Of a DNA stretch of 64,000 bases, positions 1 through 9,374 are shown piece by piece. The position numbers and the translations under genes are program-made. The first letter of the stretch is position 1; each line of letters opens with the position of its first letter. The notes under the pieces are model-generated. The model made no database searches. It was not told the DNA's origin and saw only the letters and a list, made by a program, of their open reading frames with translations. This DNA comes from an uncultured virus (IMG/VR IMGVR_UViG_3300027770_000035) (lineage: Duplodnaviria > Heunggongvirae > Uroviricota > Caudoviricetes), in IMG/VR virus record IMGVR_UViG_3300027770_000035. The stretch is one strand, 5' to 3'.

Positions 1-75
1 CTTCAGGATATTATATTGCGTCTTGTCCTGGAAGTCAGGATAAAGAACATAGTTGATGGGAGCAAAGTATGGCAT
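1..75 (-). CDS. Baseplate wedge gp53-like protein, N-terminal part (runs off the window)
   Basis: ATG at 75 gives MPYFAPINYVLYPDF...; lies directly downstream of gp48-like gene; TTAAATA late-promoter-like motif at 81-87. Confidence 0.5.
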   Translation of the reverse strand, partial: MPYFAPINYVLYPDFQDKTQYNILK

Positions 76-94
76 ATGATTATTTAACTAGTCT

Positions 95-1195
95 CTATGA
101 CATTGGAACTGGAAGTATGATCGGTGTTTTCCCCGGTCCTGGTAAGGTAAATTCAGTTGGAACTTGCGTAGTAGCAGCTCCCTCTAACTTACCATTCACA
201 CCCGGAGATATAGCCAAACCTTCTCCATGAATATAACTATCAAAGGCATTCACAACAGACTTAGTCATGACCTGAGTTTCCTGGAATGATAGGCTCAATG
301 TTAGTTCTACGGGAGAACCATCGACGTGGGATACTATCTCCTTTTCTCCATAGGTAACATCCATCTTTGTTAGTACACAGGTGGAGATGGCAGGGAGATA
401 CGGATTTAGTTTAGGAGAACCCCCCTCATACATATAGAATGCCATATCAAATTCGGAAGGATAAGTTAAAGTCAATCCTCCACCCAATCCAGCAATCCCA
501 TTACCCAGATCAGGTAGCATATGATATCGGAGAAGGCGTATGATGTAGTCAATGGTATCAGTTTCTGTCTTATCCCGAGCCACTAACTTATATTGGAAGG
601 TGAAGTTTCTCAATTCCACACCCTTGAACAGGAGTTGTTTGTGGGGGTTGATTATTGCTCTAAACCCAGCCGATGCAGAATTTACTCCTATTTCTCTAGT
701 ATTGGCGGCAACGGTGCCTATTAACGTACCTAAAGATCCAGCAATAGGACTTTTTACTTTAAGAACATCAGTTGCTAATGATCCGCCGCCCTGTAAAATA
801 CTGTAACCTAATTTAGCCCCCGCAGTTCCAAAATCGAATCCCTCATACTTGGCCTCAGCATTAGCCGAAATGTTCAGTGGGATAGGTAGGTAGATAGATT
901 TCACGGTCTTACTTCCACCACTACTTCGACCAATGAAATTCCCACCTTGATTACTCTGGAACTTATCTATTATTGAACCAGTTATTTGTGAATCACCTGA
1001 AGCTTTACCTCGGGCCGGAACGCCAGCTACAGTTTTGATTGTAGGGGAAAATTTAATATCAGGAGATTTGGTATCACTATCTACATTGATGTATATCGCC
1101 ATGAACTGATTGCCATATCGATTACCTGCATGGACAAGATCATTTGGGTATACAATCGTAGTGGGATCAGTTGGGTTGGTCGCTAGGATGGCCAT
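95..1195 (-). CDS. gp48: Baseplate tail-tube cap, T4 gp48-like
   Basis: IYLPIP, NPHKQLLFKGVELRNFTFQYKL and YPSEF motifs; divergent from gp4. Confidence 0.75.
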   Translation of the reverse strand: MAILATNPTDPTTIVYPNDLVHAGNRYGNQFMAIYINVDSDTKSPDIKFSPTIKTVAGVPARGKASGDSQITGSIIDKFQSNQGGNFIGRSSGGSKTVKSIYLPIPLNISANAEAKYEGFDFGTAGAKLGYSILQGGGSLATDVLKVKSPIAGSLGTLIGTVAANTREIGVNSASAGFRAIINPHKQLLFKGVELRNFTFQYKLVARDKTETDTIDYIIRLLRYHMLPDLGNGIAGLGGGLTLTYPSEFDMAFYMYEGGSPKLNPYLPAISTCVLTKMDVTYGEKEIVSHVDGSPVELTLSLSFQETQVMTKSVVNAFDSYIHGEGLAISPGVNGKLEGAATTQVPTEFTLPGPGKTPIILPVPMS

Positions 1196-1204
1196 ATCAG
1201 ATAT

Positions 1205-1212
1205 TATTTATA
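1205..1212 (-). promoter_or_regulatory. T4-type late promoter TATAAATA
   Basis: Exact consensus 9 nt upstream of the gp48 ATG. Confidence 0.75.
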
Positions 1213-1237
1213 CATGCCGAATAAATATCTTCTAACA

Positions 1238-1681
1238 ATGAGTAAATACTTACAGGGGCAGTTCATTCCCATCAATCCGAAGAAGTATCGAGGCAACGTT
1301 AATAATATTATATATCGTTCGTCCTGGGAACTGAAGCTACTTCGATGGTTGGATGAACAGACCAATGTATTGGAGTATGGATCAGAGGAGATAGTCATTC
1401 CCTATATATCTCCGGTGGATGGTAAGCCACACAGATACTTCGTGGACTTCTATGTCAAGCTAAGAAGTTCCAACGGACAGATCAAGAAGTATATCGTCGA
1501 AGTCAAACCCTATGATCAGACTCTTCCTCCGAAGAAGAAGTCCCGAGTAACTCCCCGATATATCAAGGAGTGTCAGACCTATGCGGTCAATCAGGCTAAA
1601 TGGATCGCCGCCAAGAAGTTTGCCGAGTACAACAACATTGAGTTTGTGGTCATGACCGAAAAAGAATTATACGGTAAATAA
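1238..1681 (+). CDS. gp4: Head completion nuclease, T4 gp4-like (TnsA-type fold)
   Basis: NPKKYRG, YRSSWE, SEEIVIPY, HRYFVDF, EVKP, NQAKW motifs. Confidence 0.9.
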   Translation: MSKYLQGQFIPINPKKYRGNVNNIIYRSSWELKLLRWLDEQTNVLEYGSEEIVIPYISPVDGKPHRYFVDFYVKLRSSNGQIKKYIVEVKPYDQTLPPKKKSRVTPRYIKECQTYAVNQAKWIAAKKFAEYNNIEFVVMTEKELYGK

Positions 1682-1689
1682 ATACTCGT

Positions 1690-2334
1690 ATGGCATTCAA
1701 TGTAAACGATATAGTCACGAGTATCAATAAGGATGGAGTCCTCAAGCCATCTAAGTTTGAGGTTAAGTTCGTTCGTGGTGGGTTGAAAGAATTAGGTACA
1801 ATTCGTTGTATCGCCGCAATGATTCCTGGTATGACGATCAACACCACAGACTTCAGGTTACATGGTGGAATGCCCGTACTACGAGTACCAGTATCAAGAA
1901 CCTACAATGATATTAGACTAACATTTCTCACAACAAAAGATTCAAAAGATCGATATCAATTTGAGATATGGATGAAATCCATTCAGAACTTCAGTACAAA
2001 TACTATGGCATATTATGACGACATAAGTTCTGATATTACGATCAAGGTATATGATGAAGGTAATTTATCCCCCCAAACTAGACCTACGGTGGCCGACGTG
2101 GCTATTATTACTAAAGCTGGGAGTCAGCTCTCGCCCGGCGTGGCGAACCAAATTCTAACCTATGAAACAGATGCAAGTGCATATCAGGTCAAGGTTATAC
2201 GAGCCATACCTATATCAATAGATGATGTTGATCTATCCTGGGCCGACACCGATAAGCTAATGGAATACTCGGTAACATTCTCATACGAACAATTGCAAGT
2301 GATTGCATTAGACACCCATCCCCCAATGAAATAA
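1690..2334 (+). CDS. Tail-tube-like baseplate protein (gp54/gp19 family)
   Basis: Tube-fold pattern (PG..I.T, LTF, FEIWM, VTFSY); baseplate context. Confidence 0.65.
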   Translation: MAFNVNDIVTSINKDGVLKPSKFEVKFVRGGLKELGTIRCIAAMIPGMTINTTDFRLHGGMPVLRVPVSRTYNDIRLTFLTTKDSKDRYQFEIWMKSIQNFSTNTMAYYDDISSDITIKVYDEGNLSPQTRPTVADVAIITKAGSQLSPGVANQILTYETDASAYQVKVIRAIPISIDDVDLSWADTDKLMEYSVTFSYEQLQVIALDTHPPMK

Positions 2335-2348
2335 TCATGGAGATATAA

Positions 2349-3086
2349 ATGGCCTTACCAAAACTACAACACCCAACATTTGAAGTGAAGATTCCTTCTA
2401 CCCAGAAGTCTTTTATCTTTCGTCCCTACACAGTAAAGGAACAGAAGATTCTGCTGATGCTTCAGGACTCAAAAGATCCTGATGAATTAGTGCGTTGTGT
2501 CAAGGACTTAGTCGAGTCCTGTTGCACCGGAGATATTAATCCAGACAAGCTCACCTACTTCGATATCGAATATATTATTCTGAAGCTCAGGTCCAAGTCG
2601 GTCGGCGAAGTATCTACTCTGTCATTCAAATGTAATAATTCTGTTCCACAAGAGGATGAGACCACAAAGATCTGTGGAGCTACTACTACTGTAGATGTTA
2701 ACCTTGAGGATATCCAGGTAGACTTCTCGGCATCTAACAACAGAGATATTACTGTACACAATGATATGACTATCCGAATGGGTTATCCTTCTCTGAAGTC
2801 TGCCAAGTTACTGGAAGAGTACAACAAGTATCGGGATGCCAGTGTTCTGATGACAGCCATCGCCAGCGATATTGTTTCTATCTCGGACAAGGATACTGTC
2901 TATGATGACTACACCAAGGAAGAACTTATGGTGTTCATTACTGATCTGAAACTGAGTGTGTTTCAAAAGTTCCTCGAATTCTATATCGACAGTCCTAAGT
3001 TGAGAAAGAAACTGGACTTCAAGTGTAAGAAGTGTGGGTTTGTTGATGTTATTGTTTTGGAAGGTCTTACTGATTTTTTCGTCTAA
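2349..3086 (+). CDS. gp26: Baseplate hub assembly protein gp26-like
   Basis: MALPKL..P, FRPYTVKEQKILL, FDIEY..LRSKSVGE, CxxC, C-terminal EGLTDFF. Confidence 0.85.
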   Translation: MALPKLQHPTFEVKIPSTQKSFIFRPYTVKEQKILLMLQDSKDPDELVRCVKDLVESCCTGDINPDKLTYFDIEYIILKLRSKSVGEVSTLSFKCNNSVPQEDETTKICGATTTVDVNLEDIQVDFSASNNRDITVHNDMTIRMGYPSLKSAKLLEEYNKYRDASVLMTAIASDIVSISDKDTVYDDYTKEELMVFITDLKLSVFQKFLEFYIDSPKLRKKLDFKCKKCGFVDVIVLEGLTDFFV

Positions 3087-3106
3087 TTGTTAATAATGAA
3101 ACATTG

Positions 3107-3265
3107 ATGAATTACTATTTGAGTAATTTTACTATGATGCAGTTCTACAAGTACTCTTTGACTGAGTTAGATAATATGTATCCCTGGGAAAGAGAGATCT
3201 ACATTTCCCTGCTAAACAGACATATCGAGGAAGAGAACGAGAGACGAAAAAATGCCCAAAAATAA
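3107..3265 (+). CDS. gp51: gp51-like small protein, 52 aa (possibly expressed by -1 frameshift from gp26)
   Basis: Not in ORF track; MNYYLSNFTMMQFYKYSLTELDNMYPWEREIYISLL matches the gp51-like pattern. Confidence 0.8.
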   Translation: MNYYLSNFTMMQFYKYSLTELDNMYPWEREIYISLLNRHIEEENERRKNAQK

Positions 3266-5405
3266 GCCTAAAGATTCAGCAGGAAGATACCCAGCGAAGG
3301 CTGCTCCCGTAGTTGTGGCTCCTTCTTCGGACACCGCAGATTCACTCAGGGTAGTAACTCAAGGACTGTCTGCACTACTTACTCAGATCAAGATAGACAG
3401 ACAGAATGCTCGACGACGAGTGTTGACTCCCGAAGAGAAAACTCTTCGGGGTGTGCGTGCTAAAGCAGCCATTCCTGGTCTTCAAACCGAAATCGGAGAC
3501 TTAAATAAGACTTTGGAGAAGTTCGCCACTGTAGAAAAATATAAAAAATATATAGAAGAACAGAAAGTCGAGGCCAAGAAAGAAAAGGATAAGACTAAGT
3601 ACCAGGATGCTGCTGAGAGTAAGTTTGAGAGTGGGGACTTCATTGGTGGAATGTTATTCAAATTCTTGGGTAGAAATGAACCCAAGAAGGGAGACCTAAA
3701 GAAAGAGGAAGAAGAGAAACAACTAATAGAAGAACGTCTGAAGTTACAAGATAAGCTCTACGGTCTCCAAGAACGTGAGGCTAAATTACAAAGGTTGGCA
3801 GGAGTGGCTGCGACTCCGACTCCGATTGCTCCTGAGGCTCCAGCCACAGCACCAGAAGCAGCAAATCCTGTTGTCCCTGCAACACCAGCAGCCACAGCAG
3901 AAGCCGCAGCGAAACCTCAGGTTCAGATCCAAGCAGAAGAAACTCGTGTTAATGCCGAGCAAATCCATACCGATACTCAGACACAAACCACCATCATTCA
4001 GAGAACTTCTGATAGTATCGATAAGTTATGGACAGAACCTATCAATGTCAATGCTACTGTTACTGACTTCTCTGATCCTGCTCTGAAGAAGTTGGTGACT
4101 AAGTTAAAGGATGAAGGTATTGGTACTGGTGGCGGTGGGGGATTAGGGGGACTATTGGGGGGTCCCGTGGGAACCGCAGGTAAAGTAGTATCTCAAGGGG
4201 CATCCAAAGGTGGAGGATCATTTCTTAGTAAGGTATCTAAAGTAGGAAAAACTGCACCTATTATTGGTGGAGTATTGACTGCTGGATTAGGATTGATGCA
4301 GGGTGAGAGTATAGCCAAGGCTGGTAGTAAAGGTGTAGGGACTACTGTGGGAAGTATCGCAGGAGCTGCATTGGGGGCTTCATTAGGTCCAGTCGGCATG
4401 TTTGTCGGGGGATTGATTGGAGGAATTCTGGGAGATGTATTGGGAGGATTATTCGGAGACTTCCTAGATAATCTAGGTAACATATTCACTATGAAGAAGC
4501 CGCCAGATGAACCACAGAAACCAGGGGTTCCGCAGGTTGGCCAGAAAAATAATGTAACCTTGGCTGAGTTAAATGAATCGGGGTTGAACATTAAACAGGG
4601 AGCTATGAAGGAAGGAGGTACCGTATCAGAAAATGTAAAAGCTGGTGCGAATCAGATTATGAAGTCCACACAGTTGGGAAGTACAAGTAAGCCTAACCAG
4701 ATAACTTCACTTAATGATGATTTTCACCAAGAATTCGAACACCCCAAGGGTAATGCTTTTGACTTTACAGTTATGGGTGATAAACCAAGTAGAAAGGAAG
4801 GTCAGGCCATTATCAAGCAGATTATGGCCAACGACCCGAATGTCAGCAATGTTATTGATGAATATAATAATCCATCCAAAAATTCTATTGGAGGGGGGCA
4901 TTTTCATGTTCAATACAAGTCTGATAACCCTAAGAAAGAATTTATTGCACCACCTGCTGCTCCAGCTAAGCCTTCGGTAACCTCTACTGCTCCCACTAAA
5001 CAGAACATGGAGGAACGACCCACAGGGATATCTCCAACTCCCAGTCCTGACTTAGAAGCCCTAAAGAATCTGAATGATATATCAAATGCTCAAGGTATTA
5101 TTAATGAGAATAAGAAATGGGATGATGCTATTGCTATGGCAGCAAGTCATTCTACATTTCCGGCTACTGCATCGGCCCCTTCCTTTGTACCGGATTCAGG
5201 ACCACAGGAATCAAAACAATTATATAGAAAATCTATACAGACTGATATAATTAAGGATCAGGCTCAGGCTAAACAGGTACAATCAGTAGTAGTAGTACAG
5301 GACAACTCTGTGAAGTCATCTACTACATCTTCAGAGAAGGAAGCCAGAGATCCCTTCCTTCCGATACCCAATTACTTTCAAGGATACTTCTCACTTAAAA
5401 TATAA
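3252..5405 (+). CDS. Tape-measure/baseplate-hub-like protein with glycine zipper and M15-like peptidase domain
   Basis: Coiled-coil N-terminus, Gly-rich hydrophobic segment, HPKGNAFDF...GGHFHVQ motif; follows gp26/gp51. Confidence 0.6.
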   Translation: MPKNKPKDSAGRYPAKAAPVVVAPSSDTADSLRVVTQGLSALLTQIKIDRQNARRRVLTPEEKTLRGVRAKAAIPGLQTEIGDLNKTLEKFATVEKYKKYIEEQKVEAKKEKDKTKYQDAAESKFESGDFIGGMLFKFLGRNEPKKGDLKKEEEEKQLIEERLKLQDKLYGLQEREAKLQRLAGVAATPTPIAPEAPATAPEAANPVVPATPAATAEAAAKPQVQIQAEETRVNAEQIHTDTQTQTTIIQRTSDSIDKLWTEPINVNATVTDFSDPALKKLVTKLKDEGIGTGGGGGLGGLLGGPVGTAGKVVSQGASKGGGSFLSKVSKVGKTAPIIGGVLTAGLGLMQGESIAKAGSKGVGTTVGSIAGAALGASLGPVGMFVGGLIGGILGDVLGGLFGDFLDNLGNIFTMKKPPDEPQKPGVPQVGQKNNVTLAELNESGLNIKQGAMKEGGTVSENVKAGANQIMKSTQLGSTSKPNQITSLNDDFHQEFEHPKGNAFDFTVMGDKPSRKEGQAIIKQIMANDPNVSNVIDEYNNPSKNSIGGGHFHVQYKSDNPKKEFIAPPAAPAKPSVTSTAPTKQNMEERPTGISPTPSPDLEALKNLNDISNAQGIINENKKWDDAIAMAASHSTFPATASAPSFVPDSGPQESKQLYRKSIQTDIIKDQAQAKQVQSVVVVQDNSVKSSTTSSEKEARDPFLPIPNYFQGYFSLKI

Positions 5406-6319
5406 GGACTGATGATCCGAGCCAGTGCCTTGATGACAGGAGTCACAACAGAGTTACCTAATTGTTTATAGGTCTGACCATCCGAGCATACTTGTTTGAA
5501 GTCAGGGTATCCCATTACTTTGGATACTTCCATTGGAGTTAATTTTCTGGGGTTCTTATCTTCCTGTTTGATAAGAGCCTCGGACCCATCCTTATAGTAT
5601 CGAGCCGAGATCGTACCCACAATATCATCGGGGCCGAATAACTTATAGCCGAATCCATTACCCGCAGCCGAATGTTTATCCTTATGTCTCTTCAGACAGT
5701 TCCAGGTACCATCCTTTAGGGTATGCTTAGGATCAGCATTCTCTTCCAGAATAGATGATAGTCTTGGCCAAGTTCCATAGTCCGGGAACTCTAGGTCGGC
5801 AAAGTCGAAGGTATTCTCTTCTCGGAAGGCCACAATATAAATTCGTTCTCTCTTCTGAGGAACCCAAGGATAAGCCGGAATCAATCTGTAGTGTACATGA
5901 TATCCAGCCTGAGCGAGACTATTACGAATAGCATTGAAGGTTCTACCCTTATCGTGCTGAACCAATCCTCTCACATTCTCCAAGAATAATACTTTGGGTC
6001 TATGATGTGCGGCGATCTTTATGATCTCAAAGAACAACGTTCCTCGGACATCCATGAATCCTTCTCGGTGTCCTGCCATAGAGAATGGTTGACAAGGGAA
6101 TCCTGCAAGCAGAACATCGTGTGCCGGAATGTCCTGAGGATCCACCTTTGTAATATCTCCGGTGATAGGATGAGTATCATTAGGAAAGTTTGCACTATAT
6201 GTTTGCTGGGCATAGTTATCCCATTCCGAAGTGAATACACAGTTGCCTCCGATGGATTCAAATCCCTTTCGGATGCCACCAATACCTGCGAATAGATCAA
6301 TGAATGTAAATGGTTTCAT
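5378..6319 (-). CDS. dcm: C5-cytosine DNA methyltransferase, Dcm/EcoRII-like
   Basis: DLFAGIGG, GFPCQPFS, ENV, QKRER, TISARYYKDG, QLGNSV motifs. Confidence 0.9.
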   Translation of the reverse strand: MKPFTFIDLFAGIGGIRKGFESIGGNCVFTSEWDNYAQQTYSANFPNDTHPITGDITKVDPQDIPAHDVLLAGFPCQPFSMAGHREGFMDVRGTLFFEIIKIAAHHRPKVLFLENVRGLVQHDKGRTFNAIRNSLAQAGYHVHYRLIPAYPWVPQKRERIYIVAFREENTFDFADLEFPDYGTWPRLSSILEENADPKHTLKDGTWNCLKRHKDKHSAAGNGFGYKLFGPDDIVGTISARYYKDGSEALIKQEDKNPRKLTPMEVSKVMGYPDFKQVCSDGQTYKQLGNSVVTPVIKALARIISPYILSEKYP

Positions 6320-6897
6320 ATGTCGAGTGATGACCTTGTTGATTCGTTATGGGGAATAAATTTCTCAGTTGATTTTATTTTAGCGAGTTCCAGAAAATTT
6401 GAAACTCTATATCGTTCTCGGTCACAATAATCATCTCTATGACTATTCCATGATATTTGAATTCGTTTGGTTACATCTGTATTACTTCTACCACATTCAT
6501 TTATGCTCAGAGATTTGATATCAGAGAAAGGAATATACATAAAATCAATTTCCTTTTTGATGGCATTATAGATTGCGATTCTCAGCGATCCTATTTTATG
6601 CTGAATGTTGGGAATGTGTCCTCTAAATGTTTTGGTACTCCGTCTTGTAGCAGGTCTACTCACCGAAGAAGTCTTGGCATCAGTACCATCAGTAAAATCG
6701 TAGGGTAAACTTACCCCAATTGCCATTTCATATACACCATCCGAATTAAAGGCAAGAGATTCCTCATACAGATATTCAATATTGAAGTGAGAAGGATTTG
6801 ATATAATCGCCTCCTTCAACACTCTATTATGTGAATACAAGGGATGGTATTTGATTATGATATCATTTATAAAGGCATCTGTTTTGTTTGTATTCAT
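6316..6897 (-). CDS. Hypothetical protein, possible PD-(D/E)XK nuclease
   Basis: PYDFTDGTDAK motif; occupies the same flanks as the adjacent HNH gene. Confidence 0.4.
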   Translation of the reverse strand: MNTNKTDAFINDIIIKYHPLYSHNRVLKEAIISNPSHFNIEYLYEESLAFNSDGVYEMAIGVSLPYDFTDGTDAKTSSVSRPATRRSTKTFRGHIPNIQHKIGSLRIAIYNAIKKEIDFMYIPFSDIKSLSINECGRSNTDVTKRIQISWNSHRDDYCDRERYRVSNFLELAKIKSTEKFIPHNESTRSSLDI

Positions 6898-6986
6898 ATA
6901 TTAAAATTGGAAACTCGAATGGATTCAAATCCCTTTCGGATGCCACCAATACCTGCAAATAGATCAATGAATGTAAATGGTTTCAT
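6894..6986 (-). pseudogene. Duplicated 5' fragment of the methylase (30-aa mini-ORF)
   Basis: 6919-6997 repeats 6252-6330 (79 bp, one mismatch); reads MKPFTFIDLFAGIGGIRKGFESIRVSNFNI*. Confidence 0.85.
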
Positions 6987-7615
6987 ATGTCGAGTGAGGC
7001 CTCTCTTAATTGTTTATTGGCTTTCCTGGTTGCGTGACCTTTTCTAGTCCTCTCACTTCGTTGTTCTGGTGTTGTTTGTTTCAGCCAAGCTGCTGCACCT
7101 TTTCTACCCCTCTCACTTCGTTGTTCTGGTGTTGATTGTTCCAGCCAAGCTGCTGCACCTTTTCTACCAATCTCACTTCGTTGTTCTGGTGTTGATTGTT
7201 CCAGCCAAGCTGCTGCACCTTTTCTAGCAATCTCACTTCGTTGTTCTGGTGTTGTTTGTTTCAGCCAAGCTGCTGCACCTTTTCTACCCCTCTCACTTCG
7301 TTGTTCTGGTGTTGATTGTTCCAGCCAAAATACTCTACCTTTTCTACCAATCTCACGACAAAATTCTATCCAAGCCTCTGGATCTTGTTCTCCATTCTTA
7401 ATCAATCGATATGCATATAGATTACCAGGAGTACCCACCATCTTCCAACGAAGATGGTGGGCTACATAATGTTCCTTAATCGTGAGAGGAACGGTTTTGG
7501 TTGAATTCTTATCCTCATGTAGAGGAATGATATGATGGTTGTGATAGAGCGAAGAGTCCGATACTCTCTCCCTTGCTCTATCAATTATAGCGTCATGTAT
7601 TTTATTATAGTTCAT
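6983..7615 (-). CDS. HNH homing endonuclease with 20-aa C-terminal repeats
   Basis: MNY.KI, HHIIP, LT.KEH.VAH motifs; TPEQRSE..RKG repeats. Confidence 0.8.
   Translation of the reverse strand: MNYNKIHDAIIDRARERVSDSSLYHNHHIIPLHEDKNSTKTVPLTIKEHYVAHHLRWKMVGTPGNLYAYRLIKNGEQDPEAWIEFCREIGRKGRVFWLEQSTPEQRSERGRKGAAAWLKQTTPEQRSEIARKGAAAWLEQSTPEQRSEIGRKGAAAWLEQSTPEQRSERGRKGAAAWLKQTTPEQRSERTRKGHATRKANKQLREASLDI
7037..7356. repeat. 60-bp coding tandem repeat, about 5 copies
   Basis: Lines 7081-7140 and 7261-7320 are identical; other copies differ at a few positions. Confidence 0.95.
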
Positions 7616-7618
7616 ATA

Positions 7619-9013
7619 TTAAAATTGGAAACTCGAAAACTTCTCGTTCAATAATTTCTTACCCGAGAACTCACTGAAGTCCTCGACTGGCTCTGCTTCG
7701 ATATCCAATGCAGCAGTTCCGATATCATACAGTCTCATCTTACCTCGATCAACACCCACAGCAAATTTCTCGTTCTTGGTAACATCACCATAACGATTCT
7801 TGAGTTGCTTCATCATGAGTTGACCCAGACGTTTCATCTCTTCTGTATTGATAAGAGCCAACATAAAGTCAGCAGTGGCTGGGAGGCCGAAGCTTTCTGA
7901 AGTATCTGTCATCGATACATCAGATGATGCTGACCCACCACGAGTCAGCTGAGTTGCCGAGACAATAGGAACATTGAACTCGACTGCAAGACCACGAATC
8001 TCTTCGGCAATACTCTTTACAAGTATATACGAATTGACCGTGTTGGACATCTTGACACGAGACGAGGAACAGATATTCAGATAGTCGATGTAGATAATAT
8101 CAGGAACAAACTTCTTCTTGAGTTCAAGTTCATTGAGCAGATGTCGGAAGTGATTGACATTGGCAGATGCAGTCGGATACTCCTTCACAATCAACTTACC
8201 TGGTGCCTTGGCCTGAGCCTTGCCAATCAGATTCATATACTGAGCCTTGGATATCAGCTTCAGATTATCCAGAGAGATATCCAAAAGGTTCGCATCAATA
8301 CGTTCGGCGATCTTCTCCTCGGCCATTTCCATTGTGATGTAGAGGACATTCTTCCCCATCATCAGATTGGATGTTGCAAAGTGACACATCGCAAGTGACT
8401 TACCAGCATTGACTCCTGCCATAATAATATTAAGAGTCTTCTTGGGAAATCCTCCACAGGTTACAACATTCAACATATCAATGTCAAAAGGAATCTTCTC
8501 TTCCTGACGATGATAGAAGTCATACCGTGCCTCAGCATCCTCGTTATAGTCATGACCAACTCGGGGATCGAATGAGATAGAAAGAGCATCCTTGAGTAGA
8601 TCAGGAATGACTCCCTTGTCCTTCTTGTCTTTCTTGTTGGACTTATCATCGGCAATGATCGAAATAGATTCGAGCACCGCATTATGAATTGCCTTTTCCT
8701 TACAGAACTCTTCTGTCTTATTGATCATCCATTCATAGTTAGCCGACTCTTCATCTTCTGAATACATCTCAAGCTGAGTCATTGCAGCATCAACATCTTC
8801 CTGAGCGAGATAGTTAGTCTCGCCCAGGATTACCTTGATTGATTCTATGGTTGGTTGTTCGTTGTAGGTATCTACGAACTGAATGATCTTACGGAAGATG
8901 GCCTTCTCGATCTTATCCGAGAAGTATTCAGGCTTTATGTACGGAAGTGTTGCTCTACAGAAAGATTCATTTCTTACCAGATTCTTTAGGATCAGCGTCT
9001 CTATCTTCATCAT
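7619..9013 (-). CDS. gp41: Replicative DnaB-like helicase gp41
   Basis: AGVNAGKS Walker A, ITMEM, IDYLNIC, SATQ, SESFGLPATAD, QLKNRY. Confidence 0.95.
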   Translation of the reverse strand: MMKIETLILKNLVRNESFCRATLPYIKPEYFSDKIEKAIFRKIIQFVDTYNEQPTIESIKVILGETNYLAQEDVDAAMTQLEMYSEDEESANYEWMINKTEEFCKEKAIHNAVLESISIIADDKSNKKDKKDKGVIPDLLKDALSISFDPRVGHDYNEDAEARYDFYHRQEEKIPFDIDMLNVVTCGGFPKKTLNIIMAGVNAGKSLAMCHFATSNLMMGKNVLYITMEMAEEKIAERIDANLLDISLDNLKLISKAQYMNLIGKAQAKAPGKLIVKEYPTASANVNHFRHLLNELELKKKFVPDIIYIDYLNICSSSRVKMSNTVNSYILVKSIAEEIRGLAVEFNVPIVSATQLTRGGSASSDVSMTDTSESFGLPATADFMLALINTEEMKRLGQLMMKQLKNRYGDVTKNEKFAVGVDRGKMRLYDIGTAALDIEAEPVEDFSEFSGKKLLNEKFSSFQF

Positions 9014-9374
9014 CTTCCTTTTCTTTCTCACCATCAATAATTGTTTTAACAGAATCAGATATGATCTTTTCTACGCACTTCTTGAGGAAAGTCTCTAATG
9101 ATTTGACTCCTGGAATCTTCTTATAAGGATTATATTCAATCTGATAATCAAAGGTCATCAGAGAATCCTCACTCATCTTGAAATCTCGAAGAGAGACGAC
9201 AATATTCTTTAGTCGTCCCTCCTCAACCTTAACCATGATCTTGGCATCTTCACCCTCGGTCTTACCCAAGAAGTAACTACATTTCAGATCAGGCATCGGA
9301 ATCGTAGGCATCAATGCATACTCTACTTCATCCATATCAGATACTTCGGCAATCACATTCTTAGTCTTCTTCAT
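8967..9374 (-). CDS. Hypothetical protein at the T4 gp40 position
   Basis: ORF between uvsX and gp41; positional argument only. Confidence 0.4.
   Translation of the reverse strand: MKKTKNVIAEVSDMDEVEYALMPTIPMPDLKCSYFLGKTEGEDAKIMVKVEEGRLKNIVVSLRDFKMSEDSLMTFDYQIEYNPYKKIPGVKSLETFLKKCVEKIISDSVKTIIDGEKEKEDDEDRDADPKESGKK

Noticed and set aside
7037..7356. CRISPR or DGR-like repeat
   Set aside because: Contiguous in-frame tandem units with no spacers, no adenine-specific variation and no reverse transcriptase in the window
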